This document shows positions 51,648-62,248 of a stretch of DNA of 64,000 bases, one piece after another (the stretch's first letter is position 1; the number at the start of each line of letters is the position of its first letter). The stretch lies in assembly GCA_030324005.1 (NCBI GenBank), contig JARDVH010000163.1, positions 60,616,284 through 60,680,283 of the forward strand. Direction: 5' to 3'. The position numbers and the translations under genes were made by a program. The notes beneath the pieces are model-generated. The model did not search any database. It was not told where the DNA came from and worked only from the letters and a program-made list of their open reading frames with translations. The stretch comes from Negaprion brevirostris. Lineage: Eukaryota.

Positions 51648-52172
51648 TGTTGTGGAAATTAAATCGTAAAAACTATGGCAGACAGCTCTGACAGCAAGAA
51701 TGGAAAGTGCTTGTGTGCAGACAAGGCCTGGGTGAGGTCAGCAATTGCTTATGCAGAGAAGTGGCTTATCTAACCTTGTGTCGGTTTCTTAAACATTGTG
51801 TTCCTAATCATGACCATGGCCAGGGAATGAATCAAAAACAAGCACAAGAACAAATACCAAAAACAAGATTGTGGTGCTATGTTATGCTCATGATGGAGTG
51901 GAAGGAAATATTTTTCTATTGGATAAGACAGGATAAAAAGCTATGCTATGATTGGTGGACAATGAATGTAAATTAAGGATGAGAATGTTGAGCGTTTCTC
52001 ATTTGCTGTAATGAAACTGCAATCATCTGTATGAATCGACAGAATACCTCACTTGAATCCCACTGTATGTGTGTCCAGAAATAAAGCTTGGAAGTTTGAG
52101 TACTGTTAGTGCCATACTGTTGATTGTACCCAACTCGACTACATAGTCTTGATTGTACCCAAGTCGATAACG
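51648..52172 (+). repeat. ERV 5' LTR
   Basis: Starts TGTTG; direct repeat of 56391-56893; AATAAA at 52080-52085; PBS follows 6 nt downstream. Confidence 0.85.
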
Positions 52173-52178
52173 GTTTCT

Positions 52179-52196
52179 TGGAGGTTCCACCGAGAT
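52179..52196 (+). promoter_or_regulatory. Retroviral primer-binding site for tRNA-Gln
   Basis: TGGAGGTTCCACCGAGAT is the 18-nt complement of the vertebrate tRNA-Gln(CUG) 3' end, ATCTCGGTGGAACCTCCA. Confidence 0.9.
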
Positions 52197-52321
52197 GGCC
52201 AACCNNNNNNNNNNTCAACGCTTACTTGATGGCGGCTTCCTGATTGCGACAAACTGAGTATGTTGCTAATTGAAATGCAAGCACTGACCTGTGGGACGTT
52301 ATCAGGGAGCACCATCAGCAG

Positions 52322-53677
52322 TTTCTGTTATAATGTAGAAACTCTTTTTTTCCTTAAAATACATTTTATATAGGTAAAAAATATAAATGTAAGAGTCCTC
52401 CTGAAAGATTCATACCTTTCATGTCCACCTGATTTGATTACAGTGATGCCAAATGTGTGGTAGTAGGTAAGTTTAACATTAACATAAATCTGTGTTAAGA
52501 AGAGACAGTCAGGATTGGACTTAAGCCTCCCTATCACAAGTTCCATTGCTGAATATATGTCTTTACAAAAAATCTTATCACATGACCAATATTTGCATAA
52601 AATAATAATACAAGTAAATTATACAATATTTTAAGCAGCAGCAACATGTGCTGACATTTATGACTAAATTAAGTGTAAATGTGGCACAGATCCATAGATC
52701 AATATACATAATGTAGAGGGGAGGTTCGAATCCCCCGCTTTGGGGTTAGAAGCCCTGTTTTTTCTGGGGTTAGAGGCCCTGCTTGGGTAAGGCACAGGCA
52801 GTTAAAGGCTCTATTTGGGTACGATACAAGGGGTTAGAGGCCCTGTATGGGTGGGGTTTAGGGGGTTAGAGGCTCCGTTTCAATACTGCGCAGGGAATTA
52901 GAGATCAAGGAAGTTGATAAGGGAGGTCCGAGTCCCCCTCAGGGTTAGAGGCTCCTTCTGAGGTTAATACCTAAACTCGAGCTGGTGAAATAAGATCTGA
53001 CCTTTTATAATTATGGGGAATTCATCAGGAGTGAAATATGCCCACCCCCACCCCCTGGCANNNNNNNNNNNNNNNNNNNNNNNNNNNNNNNNNNNNNNNN
53101 NNNNNNNNNNNNNNNNNNNNNNNNNNNNNNNNNNNNNNNNNNNNNNNNNNNNNNNNNNNNNNNNNNNNNNNNNNNNNNNNNNNNNNNNNNNNNNNATGAA
53201 CACATATGTATTATACAGATGTACAATGAAAAGTAGTATAATATTAGGAGTTGCATATCTCCTGTGAAAGGATTGGGAACAATGATCTATACATTATGTA
53301 CATTGATTTATGGATCTGTGCCACATTTATGTTTAATTTAGTCATAAATGTCAGTTCATGTTGCCGTTGCTTAAAGTATTGCATAATTTACTTGTATGAT
53401 TATTTTATGCAAATATTGCTCATGTGATAGGTTTTTTTTGTAAAGACAATCATTCAGCAATGGAACTTGTGATAGGGAGGCAATCCCAATTGTCTCTTCT
53501 TAACACTGGTTTATGTTAATGTTAAACTTATCTATACTATCAGACATCTGACATCACTGTAATCAAATCAGGTGGACGTGCAAGGTATGAATCTTTCAGG
53601 AGGAATCTTACATTTATGCTTTTTATCTATATAAAATGTATTTTAAGAAAAAAAGAGTTTCTACATTACAACAGAAA
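52322..53677. repeat. Long inverted repeat, arms 52322-52715 and 53290-53677
   Basis: The arms are reverse complements over ~390 bp with scattered mismatches and small indels. Confidence 0.92.
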
Positions 53678-54576
53678 AACACTTCAGTTGCTGTAGTTTG
53701 AGGCATCCTGAGGCCATAAAAGGTAAAATTTTTTTTTCACTCAATGTTCAAAAACCCAAATGTTACAAACACAAATTTATTTTGTGCATTATTTTAATGC
53801 ATTTGTTAACTCATCTAAAATAATTTATGTAATCAAATACAAAAAATAAAATGGGGAACTCCATACAAATGTGATAACATCATGATTACAAATATTTCGG
53901 ACAGTCATTTAGACATGTCTTTTCGTGTTCACTATTGAACGATTGGGGCAATTTTTACTTTTGTCATTTGCCAGAAATAAGCGATTTTGAATCTGCTGCT
54001 CATTTTACACTTCTCTCAGATAGGAAAATCAGGAGAGATGTGTAACAGGCGGTGAACTGTAATCGCCCATTTTACACCATTGCCATAAATTAATTTATGG
54101 CCATTGAATCTTGTGATTTTTTTTGGTACTTTGCCACAGTCTTGTTGCTGTTTAAATTACAGTCGATGCCAAATTGTGTCACACAGCAAGTAGATTGCGT
54201 TATATTTCCTGTTTTAAACATTAAAATAAGTTACTGGCATTAACACTAAGGGTTAACTCTAATTGTCAACTTTCTTTTATATATATAAAAAAAGTTTACT
54301 TTCTGGCATAGAAATTTGTGTGACATTAAGCTACAGATTTCAATGTGTCACTTGTGGTGGATTGACATGGGATCATCCAAGATGCACAACAAAAACTGTA
54401 TGGTGTTAATTGGAACTAACTTCAGCTGCCACAGTGGTTATTAGATTGTGTCAAAAGTTCAGAATGGCATTCCATTACTACTGCCTTAGCGTCTTGTCTA
54501 TCACTTCTCACCAGTTATTTTCTCCCTCTTGCTTAATGGCACAAAATTCTATCAAATGCATATATAGGTATATGAA

Positions 54577-54900
54577 TGGATTCCCAACTATGCTGGAATC
54601 AGTCGTTTCCTCCAGGACCTCGCCCTTCCCTCAGCCCCTAACAATGTCCTCTGGGACTCCAATTCGGAGGCCACTTTCACCTCCTTAAAGACCGCTCTAG
54701 CCTCTGCACCCTGCATTAGGGCTGCCAGATTACAACATGCCTTTTAATGTTTCTGTCCATGAGCAAAATGGGTTCTCCCAGGTCATCCTCACCCAATCCC
54801 ATGGAAGTATCCTACTATAGCACTCACCTTGACCCCCTTGTACAAAGATTATCCTCCTGCCTCCAATCCATTGTGGCTACTTACTTGGCTGTTATTTCCA
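54577..54900 (+). pseudogene. pol: Retroviral pol remnant (RT thumb/connection region), frameshifted
   Basis: Across frameshifts it reads WIPNYA...WDSNSEATFTSLKTALASAP/ALGLPDYNMPF..VHE..G....LTQ..G/VSYYSTHLDPLV....SCL, matching class I retroviral RT-connection motifs. Confidence 0.88.
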
Positions 54901-55391
54901 TGCAGAGCCTGACCCTGGATTACCATGTTGAGTATTAGAAGGAATTATACCTATGGTAACATTCAGGAGTGTGATATGTTTTTGAACTCTTGTACCTACC
55001 TTGCTGATTATGACAACTGGGTGCCCGATTTCGCTTCCACAATCTATCTGGTCCCGTATCATTCGTTTGGGATTGCATGAATAATGACCCCTTATGCATC
55101 TTGCAGGTCCCCACCTCTGAGGCTAAACTCACCTACACCAAGGGTGGGTGTGATTGTCAGTGATCATGCAACCTCACCCTTAATGGTTTTGTTGCCATTT
55201 GGACTTCCGACAGTTTCTATCTTAAAGGATCAAGGTCTTGTAATTACAGGGATTGGTCCAGGTGCACTGACCTGTTGGCTCTGTGGGTTTTATATCTTAG
55301 CCAAACTTGTTGTATCCATTGGTGTGCCCAGAAGAATTTTCCCCTTACCCAGTATTGGCTTACCTATTGCTGAAACTTCATATAATGGTAC

Positions 55392-55644
55392 TTGACCCTT
55401 GTTCACAATGGCTCATACTGGCTTTGTGGGGACAGAGCATTCAAGACCCTTCCTGTTGATTGGGCCGGTACCTGCGTCATAGGCCACATTGTCCCTGAGG
55501 CCTTTGGGGTCAAGCGCCTAGCTATCCACTCCCACCACAACTACCTAGGATATATGGGGTGTTACAAACTGTTGCTCCAGAACCCGTAATACCAGTTTCC
55601 ACCAATTTGTCCAAGCCCTCTTCCCAAATCTAGGGGTCACAGAA
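55392..55644 (+). pseudogene. env: Retroviral env remnant (SU C-terminus and start of TM), running into the N gap
   Basis: NGSYWLCG.....LP.DW.GTC..G and, after a frameshift, FHQFVQALFPNLGVTE are typical of gamma-type env proteins. The remnant probably extends upstream to about 54940. Confidence 0.8.
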
Positions 55645-56390
55645 NNNNNNNNNNNNNNNNNNNNNNNNNNNNNNNNNNNNNNNNNNNNNNNNNNNNNNNN
55701 NNNNNNNNNNNNNNNNNNNNNNNNNNNNNNNNNNNNNNNNNNNNNNNNNNNNNNNNNNNNNNNNNNNNNNNNNNNNNNNNNNNNNNNNNNNNNNNNNNNN
55801 NNNNNNNNNNNNNNNNNNNNNNNNNNNNNNNNNNNNNNNNNNNNNNNNNNNNNNNNNNNNNNNNNNNNNNNNNNNNNNNNNNNNNNNNNNNNNNNNNNNN
55901 NNNNNNNNNNNNNNNNNNNNNNNNNNNNNNNNNNNNNNNNNNNNNNNNNNNNNNNNNNNNNNNNNNNNNNNNNNNNNNNNNNNNNNNNNNNNNNNNNNNN
56001 NNNNNNNNNNNNNNNNNNNNNNNNNNNNNNNNNNNNNNNNNNNNNNNNNNNNNNNNNNNNNNNNNNNNNNNNNNNNNNNNNNNNNNNNNNNNNNNNNNNN
56101 NNNNNNNNNNNNNNNNNNNNNNNNNNNNNNNNNNNNNNNNNNNNNNNNNNNNNNNNNNNNNNNNNNNNNNNNNNNNNNNNNNNNNNNNNNNNNNNNNNNN
56201 NNNNNNNNNNNNNNNNNNNNNNNNNNNNNNNNNNNNNNNNNNNNNNNNNNNNNNNNNNNNNNNNNNNNNNNNNNNNNNNNNNNNNNNNNNNNNNNNNNNN
56301 NNNNNNNNNNNNNNNNNNNNNNNTAGAAAATTAATGCGCAGAGAGCTCGTAGAGGGCCCCTCAGATTGTCCTCGAAGGACAAAACAGGGG

Positions 56391-56893
56391 AAGTATGAAA
56401 ATTAAGTTACAACACCTATGGCAGACAGCTTTGTCAGCAAGAATGGAAAGTGCTTATGTGTAGACAAGGCCTGGGTGAGGTCAGCAGTTGCTTATTCAGA
56501 GAAGTGACTAATCTAACTTAGTGTCAGTTTCTTAAACAGTGTGTTCCCAATCATGAATGTGGCCAGGGAATGAACCAAAAACAAGCACAAGAACGATTAC
56601 CAAAAACAAGATTATGGAGACATATTATGCTAATGTTAGCTTAGAAGGAGACGGTTTTCTATTGGATAAGAAAGGACAAAAAGCTATGCTATGTTTGGTG
56701 GGCTATGTATCTAAATTAAGGATTAGAATGTTACTCTTCTCATTTGCTGTCATGAACTATAAATGCAATCATCTGTATGAATCGACAGAACATGTGGCAG
56801 TGCATCCCACTGTATGTGTGTCCTCCTTGTGAACAAGTAATAAAGCTTGGAAGTTTGAGTACTCTTAATATTGATTGTACCAAGTTGATGACA
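56391..56893 (+). repeat. ERV 3' LTR
   Basis: Preceded by a purine tract at 56374-56392 (PPT); TATAAA near 56758; AATAAA at 56839-56844; ends in CA. Confidence 0.85.
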
Positions 56894-57012
56894 CTATAAG
56901 AAATGAGCTATGGCACTATAAGAAATGAGAAATTGAGCCTATGTTCTAAATTCCTTCCGACATTCATTTCTGTTTTGCCTCATTACCCCATGCAGCAACA
57001 TAAAGATCTCAC

Positions 57013-57072
57013 CTTATCAATTTCATTTGGACCAAGTTGCAAGGTAATGGAGCAAGGTAGATAGTCTGGAAA
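57013..57072 (-). CDS. SAG: Arrestin copy B exon, 60 nt (FPDYLPCSITLQLGPNEIDK)
   Basis: tgacag/gtgaga boundaries; FPDYLPCS is characteristic of rod arrestin/S-antigen. Confidence 0.95.
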
Positions 57073-58222
57073 CTGTCAAAGGTGAAAGAAAAAGCATTAA
57101 CACTTTGAGGTAAATCCACCTTTCAATGCAGCACAAATCTAAGAAAAATAAGCTGCAGTATTTTCCACCTGTATTTCTTTTTTTATTCACAGTTGATTAT
57201 GTCTCTTGCATCACATAATGTTGAGGGAGCAGCCTGGGACCTATTTTCCAATTCAAGATGTCTTTCAAAACCTTTTATTCGTGTTCACTGTAAAAGGCAG
57301 CTCCATAGTCAGACCTGCATCTCCCATTAACTGTAAATTACAACCAAATGGGTGAAGCAATCACAAAGTCCTTTCTGTAAAGAGTCAGGCCTACTCATGT
57401 GTACTGGCTGTTGACACATCCCTGCTTCAAGCTTTGTTTGGCCATTCTGTAGTAGTTAGTTCCCCTTCAGGACATAATGCTGATATGTGGAAAATAATTA
57501 CAAAGGCTAGGATTTTCTTCTCCACCACAGCATGTCTCCACCCCTCATGGATTGCAATTTACTTCAGCAGGACCATAATATCCCACTGAGCAGCCATAAA
57601 ATTCTAGCCATAAAAATTCTCAGGATGTGGGCATTGCTGGTGTTTTGTCCATCCCTACTTGCCCTAGAGAAGGTGATGGTGAGCTGCCTTCCTGAGTCCA
57701 AGTGAGGACAGTTAAGAGTCACTTTCCTGGGACTGCGAGTCATATCAAAGCCAGACTGTGTACAGAAAACAGACTTCCTTCCCTGAAGGTTTTTCTGAAT
57801 GAAGTGGGTTTCTATGGCAATTTGGTTGTTTCACTTATTATCATAAGGGCTAGAATCTTATTCCAGATTATGTTTAATTGGATTTAAATTCCCACATCAA
57901 TCATGGGATTTGAACTCATTCTCTCCATCATCGGTCATGGCTGTTGGATTTTTAACTAGTTCAGTTAACATAACCACTATGCCACCATATCCCACCATGT
58001 TCATTGGCAGGCAGGAGTGGCCTGGCTCTAGAAATAGCTGAATTCATTTTTAAAAAACCACAACTATGAACCACCCTAGCACTTATTGAAGATTACATAA
58101 TATTAAAAAGCAGTCATGCCAGGTTAAGCTATTACAATCTTCAGAAATAATCACTTGACTTGTTAGCTCTTCTTTACTGACAAGGACAACAGTGGCTCTA
58201 TGACACAAAGAGAAAGAAATAC

Positions 58223-58422
58223 CTGAAAGTGGAACGGATAAGCTTTATCTCCAAACTTCTTTACTAAACGTTCTTGCAATTTGGTTTGGGGTTTTGGCTT
58301 TTCTCCCGAGGGAGGAGGATAGACTTGCAGCGTGGTCTCATACAGTTCTCTTCTGAACTTTAACCCACAAACATCTACATCCTCACGTCCGTAGCGGAAT
58401 GCACAGAGCAGTCTGCAATAAA
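58223..58422 (-). CDS. SAG: Arrestin copy B exon, 200 nt ([27 protein letters not shown]...[20 protein letters not shown]), finger loop
   Basis: caccag/gtattt boundaries; CAFRYGxEDxDVxGLxF arrestin signature; 66 open codons. Confidence 0.95.
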
Positions 58423-60169
58423 CTGGTGCAACAATTCAGAAATAATAGCCATCAGCAGTCAACAATGTTCAATATTATTTTGCAACTTGTGCTGCAAGGA
58501 TATTTTACTGAAGCTCCCTACTGCAGGGTACCTCAGAGTAGATCTATATTCAGTTCAATTAGATACTTTTCGCTCGTCAGCTCACGACATGACATACTGA
58601 GATCTCATACTTAAAGCTTTCTGGGCTTTGGGTTCTTCATTTCAGCTGTCCCACTAATTCTTCTTCCTACCGAAGGGCCTGTTTCCCAGGCTGTTTTTGT
58701 TCTTTGTTCTTTGTTCTACCCGTGGGCCGTTAAATCCCATTATGTAAATTTTTCAAAAACTGCTGGAATTTATAAATGTGGGTCTATCCCATCATCCACT
58801 GCAACTGTGAAAGTGATCTATTAAAGCTTTAGCAAAAATTGTTTAATATCCAGCTTGTGCTCCTGTTATAGATACTAGAGCCGTCCTCTCTCCATTGCTG
58901 GCTACTGTGTTGGAAAGCAGGAGAAAAGATTTGTAAATCACAAAGCTAGGTGAAAGGGGACAAGAGAAGAAAGGGGAACAATGCACTAATGAAATAACGT
59001 GATAATGTCTTTGAAATGAAAACAGAAAATACTGGAAATATTCAATATTCAGACAGCATCTTTGGAGAGAAACAGAGTTGGAACACAAACAGCTTCAATA
59101 ATCAAAGCCTTTACAGCTGTTGGACTGGNNNNNNNNNNNNNNNNNNNNNNNNNNNNNNNNNNNNNNNNNNNNNNNNNNNNNNNNNNNNNNNNNNNNNNNN
59201 NNNNNNNNNNNNNNNNNNNNNNNNNNNNCTGGCTATGAACTTCTCAAAGGTGAGACTAATTGGGATGGTGGGTTGAAGTCAGTCTGAGTACATAAACATG
59301 GGAAACTGAATATTTTTGATCTTTTAGAACCAGATCACTCAAAATCACATTTCAAAGACAGAGGAAACTAAAGTGGGTAATTGAATGGCCTGTAATTGGA
59401 CCAAGGATTGGTGTTGTCTGGCGAGGGTACACCTGAACCAAGAGATCCAAAGATTAATGCAAACTGGTCATGGGCTTCGTCTGTATCTCCAGGTTGTGCT
59501 GGTCACACTACGACAAGCAGCTTGCCAAGTGCAAAATGTGAATTTAAAGGCAATTGTCACTCAGGTATTGTCCACACAGTTCAAACACAGGAGAGGTTTA
59601 GAGCAAGCCTTATGCTGCAAGATGAAATTTCATCATTGGGGGATCAGCCCATTCCTCCTGGCTTCACCTGAACATGTTTTTTAGAAATTAACTAATACAG
59701 ATGAGAGGTTGCTGAAGAATGGTAAGCTTGATGTTAGTTGCTGATTAGTGGTTCCAATGGCACCTTCAAACAGGAACCTAGTTAGTATATTCCAAACCCT
59801 CACCCGTGTTTGCTGAATCTACCCAAGATACCTAAAAGTTGGGCCTCAGGAATTTAACAATGTGATCAATAACTGTGAAAGTTGGGTGCAGAATGTTTCA
59901 ATGTTAAATTAGTGTGGTTTGTACCCAATTTACAAACTCATAGGTGAGTACACCACGTATCAATATATGCATCATCACCTTTATGTTATCAATCATTCAT
60001 ATTTATAAATGTGAGGACACATATGTATGCAGAGGATATTGTCTGTCCATTGAGTGTACATATGAGCAAGACACAAAAAAGTATAAATTTGTCTTGGAAA
60101 GTTGACTAGAGCGTGTGATAGCAAATTGTCTATCTATTTTACACTGAATCTGATTGTGTCTTTCAAGAA

Positions 60170-60735
60170 ATGGGCTCAGTGTGTGATGATTCAGTGTGCA
60201 AGCATTCAGTGTATGAGGGTCCAATGTGTGAGGATTCAGTGTGCGAAGGTTCAGTGTGTGAGGGTTCAGAATGTGAAGGTCCAATGGGTGAGGGTTCGGT
60301 GTGCGAAGGTTCAGTGGTTGAGGGTTCAGTGTGTGAGTCTTCAGAATGTGAGAGTTCAGTGTGTGAAAGGGTTCAGAGTGCAAGGGTTCAGAGTGTGATG
60401 GTTCCGTGTGTGAATATTCAGAGTGTGATGGTTCAGAGTGTGTGTTCTATGTGCATGGGTTCAGTATGTGTGAGGGCATAGTGTTTGAGGGCTTAGAGTG
60501 TGTGAAGGTTCAGAGTGTTTTTAACAATGACTGTTCAGTATATGTCAGAAGGTTGAGTGAGGGTTGAGTTTGAATACGACTGTTCAGTGTATCTGTGAGG
60601 GTTTGGTTTGAATGTGACAGGGTTTAATGTGTGTAAAAGGTTTTATGTGTGAGGCACAACATTTGTTTGAGGGTTTGGTGTGTCTGAGTTTTTGTGTCTG
60701 AGGTTTTGTGTTTTTGAGGTTTTGTGTGTGAGGCT
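60170..60735 (+). repeat. Degenerate ~15-bp minisatellite (GAGGGTTCAGTGTGT)n
   Basis: Repeated unit visible directly; it explains the CEGSV, VRVQC and HTLNP pseudo-ORFs. Confidence 0.9.
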
Positions 60736-60912
60736 GGGTAGTATAAAGCAGTCTGTGTATGCAAATGCCATGTTTTTAATTTTTGATTTGAAGTATTATT
60801 GCAGCCCTCAAACAATTTAATGTCTGTTGTCTTCTCTGATTAGACACAAAACTTACAGAAAGGCAATCTAAGCAGGTTGTTCAAATTGTCAACAATGAGA
60901 GCGATTTCTCAC

Positions 60913-60957
60913 CTTTCCTATCCTTTATGTAGCCAGTATCTAATACAAGCACGCCAT
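60913..60957 (-). CDS. SAG: Arrestin copy B exon, 45 nt (DGVLVLDTGYIKDRK); earlier exons not found in window
   Basis: ctgcag/gtgaga boundaries; matches arrestin DGVVLVDPxYxKxRK; conserved 45-nt size. Confidence 0.9.
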
Positions 60958-62248
60958 CTGCAGAGAAATCAGACAAGATCAGTTACTGAAACCAGCTCTG
61001 GCCATGTTGTCTTGTTCATCCAGCACTAACTGGCTTTCTCATTAATCAGCTGAGAAAGACTGTGATTCACCCAATAACAGCCCCAGATCTCCTATTAAAC
61101 ACTTAGGGACATACTCCACACCATCCTGAGTGCTACTCCTCTCAGTAACCACTGTGATTCAGCCCAATGGCAACCCTCCCATCCACCAATCTTGGGTTGC
61201 TTTTGTGGTGCAGCCCACTGTTAACTCCACCAACAATGCAGCAAGCAATGCACAGGATGCTACTTGAATGACCTGTGCAGTTTCCTCTCTGATATCAATC
61301 AGAAAACCAGTGTAGGTGGCGCAGTTGATGGCATTGCCAATGCCTGCCTCCACCAATGACTGTGATCCATCAATAGAAGCTAGAATACATCCTGGATTAT
61401 TGATACATTATTTGGGAGATGTACATTGTGAATATATTATATTGGGAATCTGTAATTTGGGGATGGATTATGTTAGAAATGGATTTGATTGGAGAAAGGT
61501 TATACTGGACATAGTTTGAATTAGGGATTAATTGTAAAGGAAAACTATTACATTGTGTGTATTATACAGATGGAGATGATTTATATTCAGCATGGGATAT
61601 ACTGACCATATAATATTTTGTGAAGGTGTCATGTTGGACATGTATTGTTAATGTATTATTTGGGGATGAATAATATTGGAAGTGTATTGAAGATGGATTA
61701 TGTAACACTGAGTTGTATCATACTGGGGGTTATAAATCTGTATTGCTGAACTGTCATGAACCTTTTCCTGAGCTTTGTTCTGAAAGATCACTTTGACATA
61801 TTATAAGTTGCAAAGGTATTTTTTTCTCAGGTGTTCTTATCAGCCTTCATTTCTAAATGCCAACTGGAATTTTAATAGTTTTTGTTGACAATCCTCTTTG
61901 CAACATTATGCTCCTAAATTCTTCATAATCATTCACAATGTAAAATTCACCTCTTAGCTGAACTTTCTGGTTTGGCTTCACATCTTACATGCAAACCTGT
62001 AATATCCCCTACAACAAAACTTTAACGAGGACAGTCCATGTACTTTATTGCAGAATCTAAACAACTTCCAATATAAACCAGCTAAATCACCCAGTGTTCA
62101 GCTAATTAATAATGCACCAGGCGAGGTCCATGGCAATCCTGTGCCAAGGTCGGGCAGGAGTCANNNNNNNNNNNNNNNNNNNNNNNNNNNNNACAGCCAT
62201 TCTATCGCCGCACTAGGAGCTTCAGATTTCAGCATGTTGTTTATGAAA

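Larger units (their letters stand above)
51648..56893 (+). mobile_element. Decayed, rearranged class I (gamma/epsilon-like) endogenous retrovirus in an intron of copy B, antisense to the gene
   Basis: Two related LTRs, PBS, pol and env remnants and PPT in canonical order and orientation; no clean TSD. Confidence 0.85.

Noticed and set aside
56892-56929. CACTATAAGAAATGAG repeated twice just after the 3' LTR, considered as the ERV target-site duplication
   Set aside because: Both copies lie on the same side and do not cleanly match the 5' flank (GCAC); the TSD is unresolved.
60003-60481. ORFs with CEGSV, VRVQC and HTLNP repeats resembling Cys-rich or keratin-associated proteins
   Set aside because: They are translations of a 15-bp intronic minisatellite that is open in several frames on both strands.
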